This document shows positions 27,736 to 39,953 of a DNA stretch of 64,000 bases, in pieces (positions within the stretch are counted from its first letter, which is position 1; each line of letters begins with the position of its first letter). Origin of the DNA: Octopus vulgaris. Its lineage: Eukaryota. The stretch is from assembly GCA_951406725.2 (NCBI GenBank), contig OX597831.1, positions 69,440,001-69,504,000 of the forward strand, written 5' to 3'. The notes below the pieces were generated by a model. It made no database searches and was not told the DNA's origin. It saw only the letters and a list, made by a program, of their open reading frames with translations. A program made the position numbers and the translations under genes.

Positions 27736-28979
27736 AATGTATGTGTACCAGAATAAGTATGAGAGGGTATGTGGTTCATCAACATTTGGCTTGAGCAAGT
27801 TCTTAAGACTTTTAAGATCCTGATCATCTTCTCTAAGTAGCTTTCACTTTCACTTAAAATAATCTTCACAACATCACTAAGTAACGGTCACACATAGTTC
27901 ACTTCAAGTTATAATTACTGAAGGTTTCTGCGAACTTTTAGTCACCTTACATCTGTATATTTATGTAAATCTGTTCCGAGTATAATGAATACCAGGTATA
28001 AATGGAACTAAACTGCCAAACAGATCCACTCAAATATGTTTGTAGACTACTGAACCTCTTCCTCTCATATATCATTTATATTCATGAATGTAATGAATTA
28101 TGTGCATAATCAGTACCAAAATACACAATATTTCTGTGGAATAGATAATGTTTATTCTCAGTGGAATAGATATAGTACAACCTCTGTGATCTTTACCTAT
28201 TCTCTCTGATGTATGTTAATTCCTAGACACCTATGACATTTAATTCACCATCAATGGCATTTGACCTTCTGCTGAAATCATTCAGGGCTGTTTTGAGGTT
28301 TAAGCTGCCTTTAGTATCTTATTACATATGTTTCTCAATTATCTGGAGTATATATGTCTGGGTTATCAAATTGCTTATATGATATAGGAACTGAATCTTA
28401 CCGATTTTACTTCAGAAAGGAGATAATATCAATTTGAAAATATGTTTCTAATTGCATTGTGACATTTGCCAATATTCTATCAACCATTTGTGAATGATTG
28501 CCAAGTTCATATCCACTGAGATATTTCAATTTTTATCTGGAGAATCTTATTTCTAGATATCAGCTTGATACATCATAATATCATATTTAATGATTATAAG
28601 AAATGAAATGAAGGTTTCCTTTTGTCGTAAAGTGGGTGATTATCGTAGATATTTCCTTTAATTTATTTCTATCCTGAAATATTAAACTCTGTTTTATATA
28701 TGCAGACATCACAAGTCCCATTTTTTGTCAGTTTCTAATGCCGTAAATGTTTATCTAAGTGACATAGTGATGAATATCACTCAGAAAAGCATTCATCATT
28801 TCTTGAAGTATCTAAAACATTTGCGTCCCTTAACCACATTTAGTTGTTCATATTCTTTTTGCAATGAATGTAGAGAAAATCAGCCTGATGAAATCCTTCC
28901 TTCTTCAAATCTCTGTAAACAGCAAATTTGAATTTAACAAAGTAAGCTAAAGAAGCTCTCATCAAGCAGATGCAACTTG

Positions 28980-29393
28980 GGATCTTTTCGATCTGAACGG
29001 CAGTTTTTTCTAGCGGTGTCATATGAAATTGTCACCCATAATTATGACCCTAGTTTCGATCTATTGCATTTCAATCTGTTTAGGGTTATGGTTAGGGGTG
29101 GGGGGAAGGGTATCTTTTTTCTTCACAAATGTAAATAAACCCAATCTGTTTCTTAAACGAGGGACATATTCATACGGCACAGAATGTTTTCAGCTCAATA
29201 GACCTCATTGATTGGTTGAAATTGCAGAAATTGAAGAAAAAAACAACAAATATCTTACAAACTATAGAATTTTCTCAATAAAGCCAAGAGAAAAAGATGT
29301 TTTATAAACACTTTCTACCAGTATACGAAGTTTAAAAGTGTTTAGTTACCTGGAAATTATTTTTAAAAACTGCTGTTCAAACTGAAAAGATCT
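28980..29393. mobile_element. 414-bp MITE with ~30-bp imperfect TIRs and an 8-bp TSD (Merlin-like, tentative)
   Basis: GGATCTTTTCGATCTGAACGGCAGTTTTT ... AAAAACTGCTGTTCAAACTGAAAAGATCT, flanked by GCAACTTG and GCAACTTT; internal TTAGGG-like motifs. Confidence 0.8.
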
Positions 29394-30123
29394 GCAACTT
29401 TGTTCCTTTAGTAAATGTTAGAAATACATGATATCATAATGTAAGAAATAGAAACTATATTCCCAATGCCCTTTGCCAGCAATGGCACCCTTACTGATGT
29501 GTATTTTATTAAAACGATCAGTTCCTGTTTCTTGTCTCTAGTTTAATTAAGTAGTTTAATTGTGTTTAGTCTATTGAGATTTAAATTAATTCAATTATAT
29601 TCTGTCTCTTGTTTGACTACTGAAATCAGAAACACATTGGAATAACAACACTTTTCTATTATGCTTACATCCATTTGTCATTTGTATAAGCACAGAAAAA
29701 ACAAGCTTGGGAATTGTGAAACAACGTTTTAGTGTTTACTATTTAATGTAAAATAGAAAGTCAAGAGTGCAATTTAATCATATTTATGAAAACATAATCT
29801 TTGAGAGAGAATATTTATAAAGCCAAGATCATCAAATAATTGTCTAGGGATATACAATACAAGATACTTCTCGTAATTTCCTTCTATTTCCTACATATCT
29901 TATTTACTCCCATCGTACATAGAAATTATGTGGAAGAAATCCACTATGCTTAATTTAAAAGAATCAACTAAAAGAGCTAAATTCTGATTTTGAAGATTAG
30001 AAAAGATAACCTAAATGTATTTTTTCAAAGAAATATACCAAACTAAACGTACAGATATTTTTTTTCCTTGTGTGCTTCAAATATTTAGCCCAATTCAAAT
30101 TCTTCCCTTTTCAGACAGAGATA

Positions 30124-30175
<52 letters not shown>

Positions 30176-30192
30176 TCAAAGAATAACTCCAG

Positions 30193-30286
30193 TAATTTGG
30201 TACGATCGTTTCACAGGACATAATTTTATTAAATGTTGTAAGTATTACAACAGTTTTAAAATGCTGAGTACTCATCAGCTATTAAT
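30193..30286 (-). ncRNA. Decayed hammerhead motif in a PLE-like end beside (TA)n
   Basis: Minus strand CTGATGA...GAAAC GATC GTA, with the same ACGATCGT palindrome as 39865-39953; stems I and II pair poorly. Confidence 0.45.
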
Positions 30287-31093
30287 AGAGGTTTTTTATT
30301 AATACATAATTTTCATATCATGTACATATGTCGAAACTGCTAGTCTTTCAATATATACTTATATACTAGATTAGTTAACTGTTTCTTAATTTTATAGATT
30401 TAAATGCAGGAGTCTGGTTCATATAATGAAATGTGGCTTGACTGAATTCAAAAGTTTAAAAATAGATAGCAGATAATTTTGACAAGTGATGAAAATATAG
30501 AATGTTAATCAGAAACTGTTTTATTTTTCAAGCATTAAGGATTTATGCGTTACTTGGGTAAAAGATTGCTCCTGATTTTAAAGGGCAAAATCTGTCCTTA
30601 ATGCATATGAATAAATAGTATGCAGCAGAAATTCATTTTGATATTTGTTAGGAGATTGAAGATTACATAATGAGTACATCATTCTCAAAAAAATCTTGTT
30701 TTCATGTTAAAGAATCAGTGGTTGTGGTTTTAGTGTTTGATGTTTCACTGAAATGGTAGCATTTCTTTCACACTCTGTTGTTAAATTTATTTTCCTAAGG
30801 TTCAGATAATGAGGTAGCTACCTAATCCAATTTATTTAAACTTTTATTAAAGAACTTCTTTGTTCTTTAGTAAATATGATATTTAGATTTTAATATATTT
30901 AAAGCTTTTGTTTTCACAACTGAAAATTCATTTGCCATTCTAAATGTAATAATCTTTACAGAAAGATGGAATCAAAATGAATATTGTCTTTTGTAGGACT
31001 AAGGGACACTACATCATTACTTTATTTGAATTTCATTAATCCTTTACTATTTATTGATGTTGTGCTTTTCACATTCAGATTATCATCATTTAA

Positions 31094-31301
31094 CCCTTTC
31101 ATAACTGTATTTATTTTGAGATGCTCTGTGTTTCTTTTAATAACAAAGAATTTAGTAAAGTAACTTAGTTATCATTCAGCTAGTGTTAGGAACATAAATT
31201 GTGACTAAGGTTTGGTGGAAGATTTTAATTCAAAATTTATGAAAACAAGACATTTGTACTCAGAGCCAGAGCCAGTTTCAGCCGGGTTGGTAACGAAAGG
31301 G
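31094..31301. mobile_element. piggyBac-type MITE
   Basis: TTAA|CCCTTTC...GAAAGGG|TTAA; near-identical to the copies at 36289 and 36541. Confidence 0.9.
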
Positions 31302-31849
31302 TTAATACAATCATTAATCTCTAGAACATGTTAGGTCATAAAGATTAAAATGTCTAAGTATGGCTGGGGTATTGCTATATTTAACATGCTCCTTATCTGT
31401 TCATTTCTGATCATATACAGTAAGATTATATTTGAGGCATGTAAGACAATGTTATGAAAAGAGTCATAAAGCTCTTAACCTCTTGCTCTTCAGCATTCAT
31501 CAATTACTTTATATTATTTATGTCTTACTTGGACATGAGACTAATTGTTCGAGAATAGGCAAATAGGATTTCATAAAACTCATGCAGTGCACCAAAACAG
31601 TGTAAGTCATGCTTATTGACTCAGGTTAGATATCAAAACCTGTTTATCACTAAACCCCTTCAAGATTTATCTCCACTGCATAAATACTTGTACAAGCATC
31701 TTCATCACTTTTATTTTAAACTTCATAATGATTTCCTTTGACTGACACACTATAATCAAAGATTAGTTATTGGGATTGACTTGTACTACATCCCTTGCAA
31801 TAACTAAAAATTCCTTATAAGATTTCTGTACTATTTTTTTTTTTTTGGT

Positions 31850-32250
31850 TACTCTTTTACTTGTTTCAGTCATTTGACTGTGGCCATGCTGGAGCACCAC
31901 CTTTTAGTCGAGCAAATCGACCTCAGGACTTATTCTTTGTAAGCCTAGTACTTATTCTATCAGTCTATTTTGCCGAACCGCTAAGTTACGGGTACGTAAA
32001 CACACCAGCATCGGTTGTCAAGCGATGTTGGGGGGACAAACACAGACACACAAACATATACACATACATATATATATACATATATACAACGGGCTTCTTT
32101 CAGTTTCCGTCTACCAAATCCACTCACAAGGCTTTGGTTGGCCTGAGGCTATAGTAGAAGACACTTGCCCAAAGTGCCACGCAGTGGGACTGAATCCGGA
32201 AACATGTGGTTCGTAAGCAAGCTACTTACCACACAGCCACTCCTGCACCT
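31850..32250 (-). mobile_element. SINE family A, full length
   Basis: Complete reverse complement from the tRNA-like head to the tail. Confidence 0.92.
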
Positions 32251-33630
32251 ATTTAAAATTTTTTAAAATTGTAAATTGATCAAATATTTACTTTTAAGGA
32301 TATTGAACATTTCAACAAACTTCCAAAAGAGATGAAAACACTATAACTGGACTGCAAGATGTGTAGCTTTCTTCTATACATCTAGTCAACCCCTTTTATG
32401 CCTGTTCAGAAGTAATTGATAAATGATACTGAAAAACAACCTTTCCGAGCCACCACCTCAAGCAGTCATTTCAACTAACTCTGAATTTATTGCCTAGGAA
32501 TAGCATTTATAAAGTATTTCCTGAGACATTGGTGTTATTCAGTTCTCGGTTGCTAATTTGGTTTACAGCTATACCTCATAATAATATTTCAGCAAATTAC
32601 TTAAAGGTAGTCGATTACAGTAGATCATCTAATTTGCTAGTCTCTCTTTTGTTATTTAAAGATTATCACTTGGAAATTATTACATTACAAAATTTGCACT
32701 ACAAACATGATATAGTGTTAAAGATAAAAGAGAGAAATGAAATATATTGAAATTAAGTCATTTCATTATTTCCTGTTGGATATTATTATTTGGCTGAAAT
32801 CACTGCTTTGTGTCATATTTCTTTAGATGTTTGCTGTAAATTTTCTTTTATTTCATTTTTATGGAGAAAAGTAAAACTGCTTAGACTATTATATTTCAAA
32901 TGTATAAACGTTTTCCTATTTTTCTTTCTTTTTTGTAAATCTGGAAATAATTTTTTCTTTACTATTTCAAAATCCTCTAACAATAGATTTCACAACACTA
33001 GTATAGTTTCTTCTATTCTTAGGAGTATAGTATTGCTGGGTTATATTTTTTTTGTATTTTGACAAACATAACCACTTGACATGCCAGAGAGATAGCCTCT
33101 ACACATTTCATCGATCGACTAGAAATAGCAGCCAATTATACCTCAGTCATTCACTCTATTGTCTAATAAAAAAAAACAACAGAAAAATACATTGGATAAT
33201 GTAACTAGATATAAATGTCTGGAAAAAAAAACGAAATGGTTATAGTTGAAATGCCTTTGATCCTTTTTCTGTTCAATCAGAAGTAACCCGATGTGAAAAG
33301 ACATCTGATTAAGGGATGAGATGCTCAAATATTTTGTCAATTGAAAGGAATATATTCCACTTTGAAGAATTTTAGTCAAATGAATCCCCTTCAATTCTTA
33401 TTCTTTTAAGCCTGGTATTTATACTATCAGTCCCTTATGTTGAACCACCAAGTTACAGGGATGTAAAGACACCAATACTGGTTATCAAGCATTAGACAAG
33501 AATTTTATTATGAGAGATATTCATCTCAACAACACAATTAAGTGAATGCCACAATCATGTAGTTGATATAAATATCACTTGATGTCTTATAAATGATTTC
33601 CTTAAGGCGTATTGTGTTCAGAGTTTGCAG

Positions 33631-33891
33631 ATACTCCCAGATGAGAAACTTTTCATAGTTGTTATAAAGTGGATCCTCATCCACTTGTATGTTATTGTCA
33701 GCACTGCAATATTCTTGATGCCACTATTATGTTGTAGCGGTATTCCATGTCTTATTATCTTTGGCTCGTCTATTGTGATATCACTGATATCTCTGCAAGA
33801 CAACAACTTTGAAACGTCTACCATGATGGTAACTCGAACTCGTATATATCATGTAACTGAAACTAACTCCAACCGAGAACTTGTACAATGA
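33631..33891 (+). CDS. Possible terminal exon or gene relic encoding two hydrophobic segments
   Basis: Non-repetitive open frame after TTTGCAG; LFIVVIKWILIHLYVIVSTAIFLMPLLCCSGIPCLIIFGSSIVISLISL followed by a polar tail. Family not recognised. Confidence 0.25.
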   Translation: MLPDEKLFIVVIKWILIHLYVIVSTAIFLMPLLCCSGIPCLIIFGSSIVISLISLQDNNFETSTMMVTRTRIYHVTETNSNRELVQ

Positions 33892-35429
33892 CTCTACTAC
33901 TACCGACCTTCTGTCTTTATAGTAGGAAGGCAAGTACCATTTTCACTACTACAATAATAGCCTTTTCATACAGAAATATTAGGATATCCTGTGTCTGTTA
34001 AGAAACTTCTGATCATTTACTTGAAATACTATAAATAGTATTTTCTCAATTCATGTTCTATCTTATAAAAGGAAAAGTATGTATTGTATAATGTAGTTCT
34101 TGATTAATTATGATTGATAAGAACAAGCAGGTTGATCACAAATGGAACACCTTGATTCATAAGTTGGCTTCATAAGGTTAGAACTATGGCTAAACAACAA
34201 CTGCTTTTGGAGATTGTACATGGTCGTTCATCTTGCTAAAGGGAGCCTCTAACTCAGCTTGCTAGAAATAATGACCAAACCTACCTTAGATCATACCTTA
34301 CACTCTTAAAAAGGGAATATTTTGGCTATTCTATTATGGATATACAAAAAATACGAGATGATTATAACTTCAATATCTTTAATCATAAGGCAAACCTGTG
34401 AAGGGCCAAACCACAGCACAAAAGCACAACAGCAACACAACTCCAACAAACTTTGGTTTATATAAATTAGTGGCACAGTTCATTTTTCAGCTTTTCAACA
34501 TCATTCTGCACATATGACCATAATGTGATTGAATCATAGAGTCCATTATATGATTTTGACATCATCACCTTCAACAATTGCTGGTGAATATCATGATCCT
34601 GTCGAAGATCGTCAATGAAGCCCTTTGTTAATAATGATGAGGATCATCACCATTAGGTTCAGGTTCATTGCACTCACTCTTCCTTTTATTTTGTCTTTTG
34701 AATTCTCTAGACAGACATAGCAGCCAGCCCTTCTCAAATCAGTCTCACCTTAGCATCTTATACGAGGGAAGGAGACATTGAATAATGCATCCCTTAATAT
34801 ATTGTGTCTGAAAAAAGAATGGGATGATTTAGCTGGAAGGCTTTTGATCAAGGCTGGCCTTGTGTTAAACAACAACAACAACAACAACAACAATATCATA
34901 ATCAACATCATTATCATCTGTTTTTACAACATACTCATCATCTTCTCTACTCTATTATCATTATTATTTACATCATTCTTACTATCATCATAATCACCAA
35001 CATCATCGTTCATGAATATTTAATTTCTCACCATCTGCTTAATGTTAATAATGGGCAAGTAATTTATAAAATTAGATATTGAATTGATTGTAGCTCTGTC
35101 AGCAAAACTGTACAATGAAATGTGTGAAGACAATATAGAGAAAAATTAATCAGACTTACTGTACTTAGATTACATTGATGAAAATTATAATCTTATCTTG
35201 CCTTTATATTCATAGAATGTTTGGAAGCTGCAGACTTTTCTAAATAGTAAGGCAACAGATTTTAGCCTTGACAGCTTTTTGTATTGTGTCTATTATTTAA
35301 CTTCTGCTATATCTTGATTGAAAAGATCCACAAGCAAAGTTCTTCCAGGCGTGACCATCCCATCTCTATTTTTTTAAAAAACATAGTTATATGTAAGTGC
35401 ATCAGGTAATGTGTCCTATTACCGATTAC

Positions 35430-35627
35430 TAGTTTCAGTCATTAGACTGAGGCCATACTGGGGCACCACCTTTGAAGAAGTTTTAGTCAAATGAATCGGC
35501 CCCAGTCCTTATTTTTTTTAATCTGGTACTTATTCTATCATTCTCTTTTGCTGAACCACTAAGTTATGGAACATAACACACCAGCACTGGTTGTCAAGTG
35601 ATAGTGGGGGACAAACACAGACACAAA

Positions 35628-35668
<41 letters not shown>

Positions 35669-35840
35669 GTATGTATATACATATACAACAGGTTTCTTTC
35701 AGGCTCTGTCTATCAAATCCACTCACAAGATGTTGGTCGGTCCAAAGTTATAGAAAACACTTGCCCAAAGTGCCATGTAGTGGGACTGAACCAGGAACCA
35801 TGTATTTGGGAAACAAGCTTCTTATCACACTGCCACCCGC
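35430..35840 (-). mobile_element. SINE family A, older subfamily
   Basis: Diverged reverse-complement match with internal (CA)n. Confidence 0.8.
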
Positions 35841-36288
35841 CACTTTTTATTTCTAAAGCATAAATATGATTTGAAGGTGATTTAGTTGCTATTTCTAGCA
35901 GGTTAAGTGTCCTTCTTTGGATGAAATCTTGCTAGAATTGCTCAGGCTGTTGCTTGGTCCCAAGTTAGTTCTGAATGATCAAAGCCATTCTAGCTTTGGC
36001 CATCATGTCTTTTTGTCTTCAGACTATGTTAATCTATGACTGCATCATCCTTTGTGTCTTTTTTCTAAAACAGTTGGATGGAATTTGAAGGTGAATGGTT
36101 GCATAGAGGCTCCTTTGTTGGATCAAATCTTGATGCAGGAGAGGGAGTGAAAGTGGAGGAGATTTTGCTGTTTATCCTACAATAAGAAATAAAGAAACTG
36201 GTTTAAAATTGAATTGCTACATTCCTCTAGCTTATATAAATTGCTTCAATGTGTTGATCATGCAATCATATTCACACAAGGAACTTAA

Positions 36289-36509
36289 CCCTTTCATTAC
36301 TGTATTTATTTTGAGATGCTCTGTGTTTCTTTCAATTACTTTAAATATAACAAAGAATTTAGTAAAATAACTTAGTTATCATTAAGCTAGTTTTAGGAAC
36401 ATAAATTGTGACTAAGGTTTGGTGGAAGATTTTAATTCAAAACTTATGAAAACAAGACATTTGTACTACAGAGCCAGAAGTGGTTTCTGCTAGGTTGGTA
36501 TCAAAAGGG
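36289..36509. mobile_element. piggyBac-type MITE
   Basis: TTAA|CCCTTTC...AAAAGGG|CTAA. Confidence 0.88.
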
Positions 36510-36540
36510 CTAAGAATTGTTTCTCTATTATATATTTTAA

Positions 36541-36760
36541 CCCTTTTGTTACTGTATTTATTTTGAGATGCTCTGTGTTTCTTTCAATTATTTTAAATAT
36601 AACAAACATTTAGTATAATAACTTAGTTATCATTAAGCTAGTATTAGGAATATAAATTGCGACTAAGGTTTGGTGGTATATTTTGATGCAAAACTTATGA
36701 AAACAAGACATTTGTACTACAGAGCCAGAGCCAGTTTTGACAGGGTTGGTAACGAAAGGG
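36541..36760. mobile_element. piggyBac-type MITE
   Basis: TTAA|CCCTTTT...GAAAGGG|TTAA. Confidence 0.9.
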
Positions 36761-37037
36761 TTAAATAGTACCAGAAAGGGAAAAGTTTTAGATTAATGCC
36801 TAACTGCATTGTTTTAATTTTTGACATTCAAAGCTGAAATATCAATAGAGTCAATCTAGTTTTTCCTAGGGTTCTGGGAAGTAGGGACCAGTTATATTCC
36901 TGCTTTATTTTATGACATGATTGCCAAATGAAGAAAAGATAACTTTAGATGAGTTGATAAAACCTGAAGAATTTCTGATATCCAGTAATTTCCAGAAACA
37001 CATTAGATATTTTATGCTGAAATATCAGCTATATATA

Positions 37038-37340
37038 GGCGCAGGAGTGGCTGTGTGGTAAGTAGCTTGTTTACCAACCACATGGTTCCAGGTTCAGTCC
37101 CACTGCGTGGCACCTTGGGCAAGTGTCTTCTACTATAGCCTTGGGCCGACCAAAGCCTTGTGAGTGGATTTGGTAGATGGAAACTGAAAGAAGCCCGTCG
37201 TATATATGTATATATATATATATGTATGCATGTACTGGGCTTACAAAAGAATAAGTCCCGGGGTCGAGTTGCTCGATTAAAGGCGGTGCTCCAGCATGGC
37301 TGCTGTCAAATGACTGAAACAAGTAAAAGAGTGAAAGAGT
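37038..37340 (+). mobile_element. SINE family A with internal deletion
   Basis: Intact head GGCGCAGGAGTGGCTGTGTGGTAAG; jumps from the microsatellite directly to GTACTGGGCTTACAAAAG. Confidence 0.9.
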
Positions 37341-38439
37341 ATATAAACAATTCATTATGGAAAGCAAGTGTAATAAATTGTTTAACACATATCTGCACTG
37401 TATGCAGACATGTGTGTGTATGATTTTATTACTTCATTTACATACATACAATATGTGGGTGTGTGCATGTGTACGTGTTTGCATATATATATATATATAT
37501 ATATATATGAACAAATGTATATATATGCATAATGCACATAAAACTTTATATTGAATAAAATGTTTCAGGTGTTTATTCATGCATTGTTTTCACTTAATAC
37601 TATATTATTATTTGAAGCAATTTTATTATTATTTAATTAAATATTAAATATTTCTGATTTTGTTCATGTAATTAAATTCATTTTCAAAAATGTTGAATAT
37701 TTTGAGTCATACAAGAAATGTGAAATTCGACGTGTTTAATAGGTTATTAATGTTTGTAGAAAATAAGAAATTGTAGCGGCTACATTTAGAAAGCTAATTC
37801 TGTTGCCAGGAGGTATTTTTGAACAACGAAATCATGGGAAAAATATAGGCAAAATGTGTGAAATGGAATAATTTGTCTTTATTTTACATATCTCAAGAAA
37901 AATAGCAGCCACATAGAAACACGATTTTCATGCAGAAACAGGGAAGTCAATTTATGTTGATATTCAGCAGTCATCCTTTACTATGTTTAGCTATTTCAAG
38001 ATATTTTTTTTCAAAGAAAAACACATTTAGTTGGTTATCTTCACCTAAAAGTACACATCTATCCCTGAAGATAGCTGGCAAAATCTGATTTTTTTACATC
38101 TAAAATAGCTTGAATTCTAATAATTCAAACCTAAAGCTGGATTGAAACACATGTAGGATTCTTTTGGTTATTTCTTTGGTTATTTCTTTTGTTGATCTGG
38201 TTCTTTTATATCCTGAATCTTATATGTGATACTTTTTCATTGTGATACTAATAAATTTAACCAAGTATCCAGTATATTTTTCTTCTCCAATTTCATTTAT
38301 TAACTTTACACATTGTTGGACTGTTTATACATATATATTGTGGAACTTTTTTCCAATATATTTGATAACACAGTTGGTATCTGGATTGTTATAAATGATC
38401 CCTTACGACAAAATCGAATCCTATTTACTTGAATTATGT

Positions 38440-38690
38440 GTGTGTGTGTATATATATTTGTGCGTATGTATCTGTGCCTGTGTTTGTCCCCACCACTATC
38501 ACTTAACAACTGATGTTGGTGTGTTTATGTCTCTGTAAATTACTGGTTTGGCAAAAGAAACCTACAGAATAAGTACTAGCCTTACAAAGAATAAGTCCTG
38601 GGATTGATTTCTTTGACTAAAACCCTTTAAAGCAGTGCTTCAGCATGGCCACAGTCAAAATGACTGAAACATGTAAAAGGATAAAAGAAT
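38440..38690 (+). mobile_element. SINE family A 3' half
   Basis: Matches the family tail. Confidence 0.8.
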
Positions 38691-38704
38691 ATATTAATAC
38701 ATAC

Positions 38705-38742
<38 letters not shown>

Positions 38743-38779
38743 GTATACATATATACATACATACATATATATATATATT

Positions 38780-39314
38780 TAAGTAGGTGAATGAATTATC
38801 CTATGTTTATCGTAGGCATGGAAAATTCGTTTAACCGAAACCTGGGTAGCAAATTCACGTCAGAAAAACACGGTTGAAGCGACCTGTCAAGGGTAGAAAC
38901 TCCGGGTTCATGTGTAGAAATTTGTGTGTTGTATATGAATAAATGAAAGATTGGAGTCGAACGAAGATGTTAACAAAATTCCTTTACTCTCAACACATGT
39001 TTCGAAGACAGCATATTTTCATTCCGAAGGAATAAAGGGTGCATTATGCAATCTTCTAATCAGGAAAGAAAATGTGTCATTTCGCTTTGTTTACCATGTA
39101 GGCAATCATCGCTTTGTTTACCATGTAGGTAATCATCGAAATTTTTGTTTGTCTTGTTGTCGAGAGAGGCTCCCTTTCTTTCCTGATGAGAAGATTGCAT
39201 AATGCACCCTTTATTCCTTCGGAATGAAAATATGCTGTCTTTGAAACATGTGTCGAGAGTAAAGGAATTTTGTTAACATCTTCGTTCGACTCCATTCTTT
39301 CATTTATTCATATA
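38780..39314. mobile_element. Non-coding Penelope-like relic: ~140-bp inverted pLTR-like arms (38932-39071 and 39175-39314) between (TA)n tracts
   Basis: The arms are near-identical reverse complements (the ORF track shows the same peptide on both strands), each carrying a hammerhead core. The spacer has a 27-bp tandem duplication. Confidence 0.8.
39173..39265 (+). ncRNA. Type-I hammerhead ribozyme motif (mirror copy at ~38981-39071 on the minus strand)
   Basis: CCTTTCTTTC CTGATGA GAAGA...TCTTT GAAAC ATGT GTC GAGAGTAAAGG. Stems I and II pair, palindromic ACATGT, GUC cleavage triplet. Confidence 0.8.
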
Positions 39315-39329
39315 TATATATATATATAT

Positions 39330-39595
39330 ATCATCATTTAACGTCCGTTTTCCATGCTAGCATGGGTTGGACAGTTCAACCGGGGTCTGGTAAGCCATGG
39401 AGGCTGCACCAGGCTCCAGTCTTATCTGGCAGTGTTTCTACAGCTGGATGCCCTTCCTAACGCCAACCACTCCGTGAATGTAGTGGGTGTTTTTTACGTG
39501 CCACCGGCACACGAGCCAGAGGGGGCTGGCAAACGACCACGATCGGTTGGTGCTTTTATGTGTCACTGACATGGATGCCAGTCAGGCAGTGCTAA
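39330..39595 (-). mobile_element. RTE 3' tail (family C)
   Basis: Reverse complement of the 27445 copy. Confidence 0.88.
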
Positions 39596-39644
39596 CTTTA
39601 TTTGATGACTTTGATGGACGGACATATTAGACACAACCTAATTC

Positions 39645-39713
<69 letters not shown>

Positions 39714-39864
39714 CTTTAGGTATGGTAGATGAGTTCAGCAAAAATTTAGATTGAGATGAATATGGTAGTTAAGTTGAGGCACCAGAATTTGGTATGGTAT
39801 TATCCATACAACTTCGAAGTAAGGTGATTAAAATCAAAATAAGCAACAAGGATATTCAGAGGTA

Positions 39865-39953
39865 ATGCAGTACGATCGTTTCATGCAACTCAATTTAATT
39901 GAGCAATGCAATCATTGCATCAATTTAAAATACAGAGCAATCTTCAGCTGCAC
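39865..39953 (-). ncRNA. Type-I hammerhead ribozyme motif
   Basis: Minus strand: GTGCAG CTGAAGA TTGC...GCAT GAAAC GATC GTA CTGCAT. 6-bp stem I, palindromic stem III ACGATCGT, GUA triplet. Confidence 0.8.

Noticed and set aside
37038-37110. tRNA-like sequences at SINE heads
   Set aside because: They carry A/B boxes but continue into SINE bodies; not tRNA genes.
38951-39295. Identical peptide MESNEDVNKIPLL... on both strands
   Set aside because: A consequence of the inverted repeat; no evidence it is translated.
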